DNA of 64,000 nt from Nitrospira sp. Lineage in GTDB: Bacteria > Nitrospirota > Nitrospiria > Nitrospirales > Nitrospiraceae. The notes under the pieces were generated by a model. The model did not search any database. It was not told the DNA's origin and was given only the letters and a program-made list of their open reading frames with translations. Position 1 is the first letter of the stretch. Every line of letters starts with the position of its first letter. The translations under genes and the position numbers were made by a program. The stretch is from assembly GCA_047150005.1 (NCBI GenBank), contig AP038806.1, forward strand, positions 1-64,000, in the 5' to 3' direction. Positions 29,345 through 39,530 of the stretch are shown piece after piece.

Positions 29345-30556
29345 TCAGTTGATGCGCCCGCGCTGGTATAGCATGATGCTAGACACGACTGCGTCTGCCA
29401 TAATCTGGTTCCCCAAGTTGTTCAGATGACAACAATCATCTCTATAAACCGTCTCTTGAGTGTCCGCGAATATAGTAGTTAGATCAAAAATTGGAACACC
29501 TGAACGACGTAGAGCCTTCGCCGTCGCGCTCAGCAATACCATCCTCTCATTGGTCATTTCGATCAGATTGGGATTAATAGCTATTTGCTTCTCCTTTTCC
29601 GAGAATGGCTTCGATTCTTTAAGATATTGGTTAGGTTGTAAGAAGAAAAAGACTGGTTTGCCTGTTCGCTTCCGAACAAGGTCATCCTCTAAAATCGTAT
29701 ACTTTTCCCAGATTGCAATTCGCTTGCGGACAAACTCTTCTGCCGGTGTCCCGCGGAGACTCTCCGACTGATGAACTCGAAATTCATTGGAATAATACGC
29801 GGATTCGCTAGCTCTCACGATTTGGTAAAGAAGCTCGTGCACACTATACCAGCAGACGAAGTACAGGCTGCTTCTGGAAAGACCAGGGATCTCCAAAGCG
29901 GCGCCGTTGATATTCTTGTACAACCATCTAGCCGTGCGCCCGAACACACTGTAGATTCCGCCTTGGCCGGTGCGTCCATAAAATTTTGGATACATCGGGA
30001 AGTCCAGCGGATAAACAGGGAGTAGATGATATGGAAGTGCATCATTGAATCCATCGATATTTATGACCAGATCCAAACTATCCATATAATACGCAGCAAT
30101 GAAGAACTGCTGTGGTTGCTTAAATCCGCCAAGCGCGAGATTAACGATTCGAAGATTCTTCCCCCCAAACGTTGGTATCGCTTCTCTGAGTGGTTCAAAG
30201 TGGCTAGGGTGACGGATAGAATAGAATCCGAAATCTTGAGCAACGGACGCACCTACTACGCCGATAACGAAATCGTTGTTACTTCTTTCTGACAGGATTT
30301 GTTCGAAGTCTATGATTTGTGGGGATTCAAATCCAAAATAAGGATGAGGACTATAGTTATCCATCCATGTGATCAGGCTGAGTTTAGGATCGTTCCCATA
30401 ATACTGAGCATAACTGGCATCCTTGATACCTAAAATGAAATACGTCCCACTCCTTGCTAACAATTCAGAGATGAGCAATGAAACAAGAATGAGAATGAGC
30501 GCTGACGCTACTCGTGAATCACGTGTCTTTTTCCATATCTTCGAGCTTAGTTCCAT
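29345..30556 (-). CDS. Membrane-anchored SGNH/GDSL-like hydrolase
   Basis: TM anchor, VVGASVA, NLALGG, DGFND, DDCCHLN. Confidence 0.65.
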   Translation of the reverse strand: MELSSKIWKKTRDSRVASALILILVSLLISELLARSGTYFILGIKDASYAQYYGNDPKLSLITWMDNYSPHPYFGFESPQIIDFEQILSERSNNDFVIGVVGASVAQDFGFYSIRHPSHFEPLREAIPTFGGKNLRIVNLALGGFKQPQQFFIAAYYMDSLDLVINIDGFNDALPYHLLPVYPLDFPMYPKFYGRTGQGGIYSVFGRTARWLYKNINGAALEIPGLSRSSLYFVCWYSVHELLYQIVRASESAYYSNEFRVHQSESLRGTPAEEFVRKRIAIWEKYTILEDDLVRKRTGKPVFFFLQPNQYLKESKPFSEKEKQIAINPNLIEMTNERMVLLSATAKALRRSGVPIFDLTTIFADTQETVYRDDCCHLNNLGNQIMADAVVSSIMLYQRGRIN

Positions 30557-30784
30557 ACTGGCTTCACAAGTAGATGCAGGACCAGTAAGGCAGGCACTAT
30601 CACTGCGCCTAAGATAGCAGAAGTGTTCTCAGCGGTGCCAACCTGGTGCCAAAATCCCCTGACACACCATGATCCAGGATGACGTGAGTCATTCAGAATT
30701 CTCCCCTTTTGCTAATGATTGCTCTTGCCGGGTATCCCGCGGTAGGTTCTTGGCAGGACTCTTAATCGTCGGGCACCTTCATTC

Positions 30785-30913
30785 CCACCGCGAACCAGAC
30801 ACTCCAAAAGCAACACCCTCGCCTCTCATGTCCTGAACCGTCGGATCGGATGACTCCCTCTCTTTGACAAGCCAGCCGACTACGTCGCCTTTGAAAAGAT
30901 TCTCACCGAACCC
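30785..30913 (+). pseudogene. N-terminal remnant of a third RAYT, cut by the IS
   Basis: HVLNRRIG*LPLFDKPADYVAFEKILTE. Confidence 0.7.
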
Positions 30914-30914
30914 C

Positions 30915-32157
30915 TGTAGTGCTCCCCTGAAATCAAGCCACCTGGGTTGACTGTTGCGCGCGGAATTGGACGGGACTCCGATACGCCAAGGCGCTGTGCG
31001 GTCGTCCCTCGTTGTACCAATGGAGCCAGTCCCGAATGATCCGTCGCGCCTCCTCAAACGTCTGGAACGTGTGTTGCCAGACGCACTCCTCCTTCAGACT
31101 CCGGAAGAACCGCTCGATGATCCCGTTCTGTTCCGGCGTATAGGGCGTAATGAATTCCTGTTGGAGCCGATAGTCCCGACAGGCTTGTCGAAACCGGCGA
31201 CTCTGGAAGATCAGGCCGTTGTCACTGCGGAGGACCGGTGCGCCCGTAGGCCGCAACGTCCCGAACCGCTGCAGGCACGCCGCTTCGACGGCCCGCTCCG
31301 CCTCCTTGGCCCGACTGCGCAACGCGAACTCGTAGCCGATGACTTCCCGATCGTGACAGTCGATCACGGCCGCGAGATGGGCCCAGCCGTCCTGGCCACA
31401 GGGAATATGCGTCACGTCCATCGCCCACCGTTCATTGCTCTGCCCAGCCCGACTGCGCCAGCCTCGCACCCGAGGGCGCGGGGTCGCCACGCGTTGGTGG
31501 ACGAACCAGCCCTGCTGCTTCAGCACGCGATACACGGCTTTGCGATTCACCAGGATCCCATCCTGATACCGCAACATCACCCAGAGTCGGCGATACCCAA
31601 ACGTGGGATGCTGCTGAATCCAATACCGCATCCGCTCCAGCCACGGGGGTGCCGTGGGGCCTCGGCGTCGTCCCTCCGTTGCTCTCGTCCGATGCAGACC
31701 GGCTCGGTTCACGCGGAGCACCTGGCAACTCCGTCGCTCGGAGACACCCGACACGCGGGCTCTCACGCGTCGGATGTCTTCCGGTCCAAAGGGAAGGGTT
31801 TCAAGGCCTCCCGTAAGATGTCGTTGTCCACGACCAGATCCCCGATCTTCTGTTTCAGCTTCTTGATCTGCTCGTCCTTCACGGCCTCCTCGTCCTTGGG
31901 CCGAGTCCGGAGCGCGTTCTCGGCGCCGAGGAGAAACTTCTCACGCCACGCCTCCACCTCCGCCACGGTCAGGCCGTGCTGCCGGGCCGCCTCGGCCACC
32001 GAGGTCTCACCCTTCAGAATACTCACGACCAATGCCACGCGTCGCTTGGCCGTCCACCGTTCAATGGGTTCTGCTGCTTCTGCTGCCATCGCCACCTCCT
32101 CGGTCCGTCGTAGGACCATGTCGTAGAGGTGGTCTCAATTTCAAGGGGAGCAGGATA
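30915..32157 (-). mobile_element. Second, inverted copy of the IS3 element at 27929; no target duplication
   Basis: Identical translated ORFs (30933-31766, 31763-32119); same 1243-bp length. Confidence 0.92.
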
Positions 32158-32204
32158 CTGAGCTGGCCCCTTTGCTTTTCCAGACAACGGTCCGTCTCAC
32201 ATCT

Positions 32205-33422
32205 TCACGCGATCCTGATCCGGCGGGTGATCTGTCCGTTGCTCTCCCAGTAGGTGTGTTTCTTCGTCAACAGCGGGTCATCCGCCGCGGGCTGTATGTC
32301 TCCCTCTCTGGCGACGGCACGCGACGTAATCGTATGTTCGCCCGGCGTGGCATCCGTCCACTCGAGAGTCCAGAATTTCCACGCAAACCGCTGCTCCTTG
32401 CCGCGAGTGATCGTCGCCGGTCTCCAGGGTCCGTCATCCACGCGGACCTCGACCCGCTCGATTGGTCCTCCCCAGGCCGCACCCTCGATCCGGTAGCGGC
32501 CACCTTGCGAGAGGACCCGGGCCGCGATGGATTTGATCCGCGACCGTCCCACGACCTTCTGCGTCCAGACCGTGCCCCCGCCGGACTGCGGCTCCTCACG
32601 AATCGTCACATAGTCCCGCGTCATGAAGCGGCCGGCCCACCGCGTCTCCATCACCTCAATCCGTGACAGCCATTTCACATTTGCCACGCCGTACCAGCCC
32701 GGCACGATGAGTCGGACCGGATACCCGTGCTGAGGCGGCAACGGTTCGCCGTTCATCTCATAGCACAGCAGGATTTCGGGACGCGTGGCCTCCGACACAG
32801 ACAGGCTACGGCTGAACTGCTGGCTCATCTTGATGTTCCGCACTTCTTCTTCTCCCGCATCGGCGCCGAAAAAGACGACTTCGATGCCCTCCGGTCTGAG
32901 ACCGGCCTCCTGGAGGAGCGGGGCGAGCGGCGTGCCGGCCCATTTCGCCGTACCGATCCCGCCTGTAAACCACTCAAACCCGTGATTTCCCGCACATTCG
33001 ATGGTGAACACCACTTCCTGGCGAGGTCGCCGCTTCAAGTCGGCCAACGTGTAGACCTTTGGAGCCTGGACCAGTCCAGCGATCTCAAGTCTGTACTCCT
33101 CGGGACGGATCACCGGACGATTGTAATGACTCACGCTAAAGAACTGATCGTTCGGCGTGATCCATTCGTTCAGGTCCTGCCAATCCATCCGGTTCAGTTC
33201 GCCGTACGCCTTCACCGCGGCCTCCGGCGTCGCAGGCGGCCGGTCCAGAAACGGAATGACCTGTCCCGATTCAGCCGCGCCGGCCAGCTGCGCGAAATAC
33301 GCAGGATCCATCATCGCCAGAAGAGCCAGAGCGGATCCTCCCTTGACCAGAAAATCCCGGCGAGACAGACTGGCGCCGCGCAACAATTCCCTATGCGTCG
33401 TGCTCTCGTTCTTTGATGCCAT
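32205..33422 (-). CDS. Tat-exported sulfite-oxidase-family molybdopterin oxidoreductase
   Basis: SRRDFL twin-arginine, IECAGN, HGYPVRLIVPGWYGVANVKWL. Confidence 0.88.
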   Translation of the reverse strand: MASKNESTTHRELLRGASLSRRDFLVKGGSALALLAMMDPAYFAQLAGAAESGQVIPFLDRPPATPEAAVKAYGELNRMDWQDLNEWITPNDQFFSVSHYNRPVIRPEEYRLEIAGLVQAPKVYTLADLKRRPRQEVVFTIECAGNHGFEWFTGGIGTAKWAGTPLAPLLQEAGLRPEGIEVVFFGADAGEEEVRNIKMSQQFSRSLSVSEATRPEILLCYEMNGEPLPPQHGYPVRLIVPGWYGVANVKWLSRIEVMETRWAGRFMTRDYVTIREEPQSGGGTVWTQKVVGRSRIKSIAARVLSQGGRYRIEGAAWGGPIERVEVRVDDGPWRPATITRGKEQRFAWKFWTLEWTDATPGEHTITSRAVAREGDIQPAADDPLLTKKHTYWESNGQITRRIRIA

Positions 33423-33679
33423 GATTTCCCTCCTTTGTGACGCACCGTTTGTTGAGACTTGCCCTATCCTCCATCGAGTGGATGATTGACGCCGTGGCGC
33501 ACTATGCCGCGTCGTCTCTGTGCCCACTATACGCAGTCGACCGTCCGGCGTCTTATCCGCGCGTCTGGCTCTCTTATCGGAGAATGCTAACCTATCTCCA
33601 ACTCGCATTGTCTAGGTTCACAATTTGACCCGTGCTAGACTCCTCACAGTCGAGGCTAGTGTCCGTTGGAGGAACATCC

Positions 33680-33769
33680 ATGAAGGAGGAATTGTTGCGG
33701 CTGGCACAGTTGATGCCTAAAGCCGAGCTGCATTTGCATATCGAAGGCAGTGCCCTGCATCTCCGTTAA
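33680..33769 (+). pseudogene. N-terminal stub of an adenosine/adenine deaminase
   Basis: GGAGG RBS, MKEELLRLAQLMPKAELHLHIEGS, stop five codons later; matches the start of 62382-63440. Confidence 0.8.
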
Positions 33770-33926
33770 ACGTCGCTCGTCCATGCGTAACGGTCAGGAC
33801 ACAACGACTCATACGCGATCAACAGGATCGAAACATCATCCTCCCCCTCTGCCAGGCTAACATGGCAATTAAACCTTTCTTCATTGTTACGACACTGGAA
33901 TCTCCGGCGCGTAGCATCATGACACC

Positions 33927-34505
33927 ATGAAGGACATTTTCCGTCGTGCTGTTCGAACGGTCGCACTGCTCAACTTCCTCTATTTTGGCGTCGAGTTTGC
34001 CGTTGCCTTGGCGATTGGGTCGGTATCACTTTTCGCTGATTCGATCGACTTTCTTGAAGATACATCGATCAATGTCCTGATCCTTATGGCCCTCACGTGG
34101 AGCGCGCCATCTCGTGCAGTCATCAGCAAACTCCTCGCCGGTATCATTCTGATCCCGGGCCTTGCCACACTGTGGATGGCATGGCAGAAGTTCGCGCTGC
34201 CGATGCCGCCTGCACCGCTCCCGCTCTCGCTGACCGGAGTGGGGGCGCTGGCGGTCAATTTTATCTGTGCTCTGCTGCTAGGCCGTGTTCATCATCATGG
34301 CGGCAGTCTCGGTCTTGCCGCGTTCCTTTCGGCACGCAATGACGTGCTGGCGAATGTCGCCATCATTGTGGCCGCATTGGCTACAATCGCTACTCTCTCA
34401 GCCTGGCCCGATCTTATCGTCGGACTGGGCATTGCCATCATGAATGCAGGGGCTGCAGCGGAGGTCTATCAAGCTGCTGGAAAGGAACACGACGCGAGAG
34501 CGTGA
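33927..34505 (+). CDS. Cation efflux (CDF-like) membrane protein
   Basis: SVSLFADSIDFLED, FLSARNDVLAN, WPDL. Confidence 0.8.
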   Translation: MKDIFRRAVRTVALLNFLYFGVEFAVALAIGSVSLFADSIDFLEDTSINVLILMALTWSAPSRAVISKLLAGIILIPGLATLWMAWQKFALPMPPAPLPLSLTGVGALAVNFICALLLGRVHHHGGSLGLAAFLSARNDVLANVAIIVAALATIATLSAWPDLIVGLGIAIMNAGAAAEVYQAAGKEHDARA

Positions 34506-34687
34506 AACCCACTCCCTCTCCACCCTGCCGGCGGACATTCTAAATTTCGCGGCGCGTGGCGGGCCGGCGACTTTTTCACCTTCACCCCTTCTCCCCTTCA
34601 TCCCTCCTTCATAACGGCAATGGACCAAGCTGAGCCGGAACAGTAGAATGACGCCATTTCTCTTCTTCGTTTCAACATAGGGAGGCC

Positions 34688-35689
34688 ATGAAACATCGGG
34701 GCAAGACGCCGTCGTTTCACGGGCCAAGTGGCGAGGTCCTTCTAGGCAGTATTGCGGAGATCGACTATCACCGTTTGGGCGGGATCGATCAGTGGGTGAT
34801 GATCCGTGGCAGGAACGTCACGAATCCTATTCTAGTCCTCCTGCATGGCGGACCGGGCTTTCCTGAAATGCGGTTGTTCCGCACTTTTAATGCGCCGCTC
34901 GAGGACAATTATACCGTCGTCTACTGGGAACAGCGGGGGACGGACAAGTCCTTTTCTCGTAGCATCCCACCAGCTTCCATGACGGTCGGACGTTTTCTGG
35001 CCGATCTCGACGAATTGGTCGATGTGGTACGCAGGCGTTTCAGAAAAGAGAGTGTCGTGCTGTATGGTCACTCCTGGGGTTCGGCGCTCGGCGTACTCTA
35101 TGCCGCGCGGTTTCCGCACAAAGTAGCCGCGTATATCGGCACAGGACAAATCGGCGATTGGCCGGCAAGCGAGCTCTCATCCTATGCTTTTGTGCTGGCC
35201 GAAGCGGAGCGACGCAACAAGCGGAAAGCCCTGCGGGAATTGCGCGCCATTGGGAAACCGCCGCATACGTTCGACAACATGCTCATTCAGCGGAAATGGC
35301 TCATGCGCTTCGTGGGCATTGTGCGCGGCATGTCCATGTGGCGGTTTGCACGCATTCTCCTCGGCGGACCTGAAGCCTCGATCATCGATCTTCCCAACAT
35401 CCTGCGCGGTAGTTTGTGGTCTCCAAATCTGATGTGGGCTGAAATTTCTGCATTGGATCTCACAAAGACCGTTCCCGCATTGCAGATGCCGGTCTTCTTC
35501 TTTCTCGGGCGTCATGATCATGTCGTGGCCCCGGAAACCAGCGCAGCATACTTCGAGATACTATCCGCACCGTTGAAGCGGATCGTCTGGTTTGAGGAGT
35601 CTGCTCACGAACCGACCGTCGAAGAAGCCGATAAATTTAATACGGCGATGGTGGGCTTAGTCCTGCCAACAGTGCAGCCAACTCTGTGA
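34688..35689 (+). CDS. Alpha/beta hydrolase (proline iminopeptidase-like)
   Basis: LHGGPG, GHSWG, GRHD, SAHEP. Confidence 0.88.
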   Translation: MKHRGKTPSFHGPSGEVLLGSIAEIDYHRLGGIDQWVMIRGRNVTNPILVLLHGGPGFPEMRLFRTFNAPLEDNYTVVYWEQRGTDKSFSRSIPPASMTVGRFLADLDELVDVVRRRFRKESVVLYGHSWGSALGVLYAARFPHKVAAYIGTGQIGDWPASELSSYAFVLAEAERRNKRKALRELRAIGKPPHTFDNMLIQRKWLMRFVGIVRGMSMWRFARILLGGPEASIIDLPNILRGSLWSPNLMWAEISALDLTKTVPALQMPVFFFLGRHDHVVAPETSAAYFEILSAPLKRIVWFEESAHEPTVEEADKFNTAMVGLVLPTVQPTL

Positions 35690-35941
35690 GACGGAAGAGC
35701 GGCTTGCTCCCATTTCGCGGCGCGCGAGTGAAGATAAGGCGGACACCTATGTAACAGATCCACCGCGCCCGGACGCCGACGCGATGATTCAGGCCCAGGG
35801 ATGAGGCTCGACAGACGGAAGATCTCCTCGAAAGCGCCGCCGACCCCACCCGCCAACAGTCCGATCCGATAACCTCATAGCTCATGATTTCGCGGCGCGT
35901 GGCGATCCTCGATGTAGATGGCTTCAAGATAGGAGGAGTCA

Positions 35942-36691
35942 ATGTTTGATTCGCTGGCAAGTCCCGAAGGTTGGATCGCACTGGGGACGCTGACCGCCCT
36001 TGAGGTCGTCCTGGGCATCGACAATATCATCTTCATCTCCGTACTGGTCGCCCGGCTGCCGAACGGTCAGCGGATGTTGGCAAGAAGATTGGGCCTTGGC
36101 GTGGCGATGGTCGCACGTCTTGGCTTGTTGTTTTCGATCTCCTGGATTATGGGCTTGACGCAACCCTGGTTTGCATTGCTCGGCAACGAGATTTCCGCCC
36201 GCGATCTCATTTTAATCGTCGGGGGCTTGTTCCTGATGGCCAAGGCGACTCATGAAATTCATTACAGCCTGGAGGGCGTCGGACCGACGGCTAGCGCGGC
36301 ACAGGTCAGCAGCCTAGGCGCCGCTCTGGTTCAGATCTCGCTTCTGGACATCGTGTTCTCGCTGGATTCCGTCATCACGGCGGTCGGGTTGGTTGACCAG
36401 GTGTCCATTATGGCCATCGCCATCATCCTCGCGGTGCTCGTCATGCTGATGGCGGCAACGTCCATCGGAACATTCGTCGACGAGCATCCGACGATCAAAA
36501 TCCTCGCCTTGTCGTTCCTCATACTCGTGGGAGTCACCCTGATGGTGGAAGGCTTCGACGTGCACGTGCCGAAGGGATACATCTATTTTGCGATGGTGTT
36601 TTCGGTTGCCGTAGAAATGCTCAATATGCGTATGCGCACAAAGCAGAGAGCACCGATCAAACTGCATAGCCGATACTCAGGAGACCAATAG
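35942..36691 (+). CDS. TerC-family membrane protein
   Basis: LEVVLGIDNIIFI, DIVFSLDSVITAVG, VPKGYIYFAM. Confidence 0.92.
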   Translation: MFDSLASPEGWIALGTLTALEVVLGIDNIIFISVLVARLPNGQRMLARRLGLGVAMVARLGLLFSISWIMGLTQPWFALLGNEISARDLILIVGGLFLMAKATHEIHYSLEGVGPTASAAQVSSLGAALVQISLLDIVFSLDSVITAVGLVDQVSIMAIAIILAVLVMLMAATSIGTFVDEHPTIKILALSFLILVGVTLMVEGFDVHVPKGYIYFAMVFSVAVEMLNMRMRTKQRAPIKLHSRYSGDQ

Positions 36692-36957
36692 TCGGAGACG
36701 ACTTAGTAAAGTCTTAGGCACCATTTCGCGGCGCGTAACGGCAGGCCATCCCGCCTGACCTGGAACCCCCCGAAGCGAATCAGTTTGGCGCCAGATTGAA
36801 TGGATCGGAAACGATGCACAGACTTATTTCTGTCTCTTGACCTGCTGCAATGCCTAGAGCACTATTTGTACAATTCGTTCGCCTAGCACATCCGAAAGCA
36901 CGTGCGGAGCACCAATGGTCGTCACTGCCGCCCCACTCCAGTCCGGCGAAGAACAAG

Positions 36958-37353
36958 ATGAAAGAGAAGAAACGCATTCCCACTAGTGACGAGCCGTTCT
37001 GCTGGAAGAGTCCGTTCGCGGCACTGAAGGATGCAGTACCGCCGCCGACGCCTACCGATCCACCTGTTCGCAATCCAGCTCATACGCCGGCGCCCGCACC
37101 AAAAAGCAATCGGGGGCGAGTGGATATCCTTCGTTCGACGGCGCATCGGGGCGGCAAGACCGTGACAGTCGTCACAGGATTTGTCGGAATCAGTCAGCCC
37201 GAAAAAGAACGACTGGCGAAAGAAATGCAAAAGTCTTGTGGCGCGGGAGGCACCGTGAAAGAAGGACGGATCGAGATTCAAGGTGATCACCGCGACAGCG
37301 TCGCGAGTATCTTGGCCAACGCGGGCTTCCGTCCCGTCTTCGCCGGGGGCTGA
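36958..37353 (+). CDS. SUI1/YciH translation initiation factor
   Basis: RGGKTVTVV..CGAGGTVKEGRIEIQGDHR. Confidence 0.88.
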   Translation: MKEKKRIPTSDEPFCWKSPFAALKDAVPPPTPTDPPVRNPAHTPAPAPKSNRGRVDILRSTAHRGGKTVTVVTGFVGISQPEKERLAKEMQKSCGAGGTVKEGRIEIQGDHRDSVASILANAGFRPVFAGG

Positions 37354-37555
37354 ACCGCTCTCCCCTGCTCCTCTCGCGAGCGAGAAACCAGGACAGGCTG
37401 GTTTCCCAGCTGCTTCGACCTGCTCGCCTGGCAGAAGACCGTCTCAACGGCGCCACCGACCATTAGTTTCCTTCCTCTTGACTCGCATCTACTAAGCGCT
37501 TACGCTTTCACCCGCATACTGGCTTTCCACATTGGCTTTCACGAAAGGAGTGATC

Positions 37556-37888
37556 ATGACGCGACGGAACGTTGATTGGGTCCAGGGATTGGGTTTGGTA
37601 GCGACAGCGCTTGCTCTGTCTTCCCTGGTGATCACGGATGGCCTGCAATGGACGTCGGCACCGGCCTATGCCGGCGATCGCGGTGAGGAACGGAGAGATA
37701 AGCGGGACGACCGGCAAGACGACCGGAGAGATGCGCGCGATACGCGGCAAGAGGGTCGTGAGGCAGCCAGGGAGGCGAAGGAAGAATGCAAGAAAGCAGA
37801 GGGTAAGAGTAATAGGGAATGTCGACAGGAAAAGCGAGATACCAAGGACGATGCCCGCGACGCCGCCAGGGACATCAAGCGGGACTAA
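37556..37888 (+). CDS. Secreted, highly charged low-complexity protein
   Basis: AAAGGAG RBS, signal peptide, D/R/E-rich repeats, two Cys. Confidence 0.65.
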   Translation: MTRRNVDWVQGLGLVATALALSSLVITDGLQWTSAPAYAGDRGEERRDKRDDRQDDRRDARDTRQEGREAAREAKEECKKAEGKSNRECRQEKRDTKDDARDAARDIKRD

Positions 37889-37970
37889 TTACAATCGCTG
37901 GACGAAGGAACACAATTTACAGAAGAGCATAGGAAAGCGGTTTCGTCCTGAGTCAGTGGTTTGAAGTTTT

Positions 37971-38003
37971 GGGGCGTAGGGTTCTGCGCATATCCTACGC
38001 CCC
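37971..38003. repeat. 10-bp stem hairpin (REP-like or terminator)
   Basis: GGGGCGTAGG..CCTACGCCCC. Confidence 0.5.
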
Positions 38004-38434
38004 CACCGCCGGACTAGGAACTATCGCACCCGCCAACAGTCTGATCCGACGACCCCTTAACGCAGTTTGGCGCCGAATAGTCAATACTGCAAAGAGCAGA
38101 AGAAACGGTGTCAGTAATCATTTCGTGGGCCGTGGCGGCCCCGTCTTAGCCGCTTTCATTCGGTCCCTGTGCAAGGGGAACGGGAACTCGCTGGTAGCAG
38201 TCGCTACTAACCCCTTGTCCTTTCCTGCTCATTCTGTAGAGACAGTGAGCTAACAAACCGCGGGTCAGTGGTTACTTTGGCTCGCCTGACGCAAGATCCA
38301 ACTGTGTCTTGCAAGAAGTCCCAACCAGCCTGAATCATTGAACTATCACAGGCGCAATAATAGCACTTGACCAACCGGTGCCTTTGGGCGCTACATATTC
38401 ATCTATTTTGGTTTAGAAGAAGGAGGCGAGCATC

Positions 38435-38782
38435 ATGGCACTACTGATTACCGCCGAGTGTATCAACTGTGGAGCCTGTCTGCCAGAATGTCCGAACGAG
38501 GCCATCTTCGAAACTCGCAGCGACGCGGAAACGAAGGGAAATCATGTGGGCGACGGCCAGGGAGTGAGCAACGATATCTATGTGATCACGCATGACCGCT
38601 GTACCGAGTGTGTCGGCCATTTTGACGAACCTCAATGCGCGGCAGTCTGTCCGGTCGACAATTGCTGCATTTCTGACCCTGCCTATCCGGAAACGACGGA
38701 TGTGTTGCTGGACAAGGCGAGGAAACTGAATCCTGACAAGGCTATCGACCCGGCAAAAGTGTGGAGCGGCGTGCGGAACTGA
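38435..38782 (+). CDS. YfhL-family 2[4Fe-4S] ferredoxin
   Basis: CINCGACLPECPN, CTECVGH..QCAAVCP. Confidence 0.92.
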   Translation: MALLITAECINCGACLPECPNEAIFETRSDAETKGNHVGDGQGVSNDIYVITHDRCTECVGHFDEPQCAAVCPVDNCCISDPAYPETTDVLLDKARKLNPDKAIDPAKVWSGVRN

Positions 38783-38912
38783 TCGTTTTCACTTCGAGGT
38801 TCCGCGCCACATAGAGAACACTGCGAACGCCGCCTGCACAGCCTTCGCGGATGAAGTACGAAGAGAAGAACGTATAACCATGTTTGCCTTGACATAACGG
38901 AAACGATCGGTC

Positions 38913-39215
38913 ATGGCTGACAAACTTCCAAAAGTCATTTCAAGTGCAACGGTCATTAAGGTTTTAGCTAAAGTCTTTGCTTTCCAAGCCATCGAGATCA
39001 GCCTCTTGCGTGCACACGTCGGAATTTCCGATGCCAATTGGAAAGCACTCAAGACCGAAGCCTTTAAGAAAACCTACGCGAAGCAACGGTCTTTTTATGA
39101 AGATCGCTTGACGGGTGCGTTCGCTTTGGAGCGCATTTCCCAGTCTGAACGCGAGACAAGACTTCTTGAACTCTGGCTAAAACAGAGTGAGGATTCTCCT
39201 AAAGACGAACCCTGA
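38913..39215 (+). CDS. Hypothetical protein
   Basis: 100-aa ORF with no recognised motif. Confidence 0.4.
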   Translation: MADKLPKVISSATVIKVLAKVFAFQAIEISLLRAHVGISDANWKALKTEAFKKTYAKQRSFYEDRLTGAFALERISQSERETRLLELWLKQSEDSPKDEP

Positions 39216-39345
39216 GCCAGTGCTCTCAGCATGAGAGCATGCCCTTTCCTGTGAGTGACGCCAGGCGCTGAGGTGTTCGGCAAAAGCTCACCGCATTGGA
39301 GGAAAGAGTGGACAGTCGACCGGGCTAGAAGAAGGAGCCTCCACC

Positions 39346-39528
39346 ATGGGTAAAGTCATCGAGTGTGCCAAGGTTGATCCATCGTCCGGATGCAAGCATG
39401 TCGTTCGTGGGAACACTGACGAGGAAGTCCTAAAGAACGCCATGGAACACGCCAAGCAGCACGGGATTCGGGAGGTGACGCCTGAACTCAGGGCTAAGGT
39501 GCAGGCAGCAATCCGGGACGAGAAGTAA
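39346..39528 (+). CDS. DUF1059-family small metal-binding protein
   Basis: IEC..GC..VRG..EEVL..EHAKQHG; AAGGAG RBS. Confidence 0.8.
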   Translation: MGKVIECAKVDPSSGCKHVVRGNTDEEVLKNAMEHAKQHGIREVTPELRAKVQAAIRDEK

Positions 39529-39530
39529 AG

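Noticed and set aside
27929..32157. Composite transposon of two inverted IS3 copies carrying the SGNH gene
   Set aside because: The left copy has its own GTAT duplication and the outer flanks (GTAT vs CTGA) do not match, so there is no sign it moved as a unit.
32159..32190. TGAGCTGGCCCC..CCAGACA as another IS3 element
   Set aside because: Resembles an IS3 terminus, but no transposase or partner end follows; at most a relic end.
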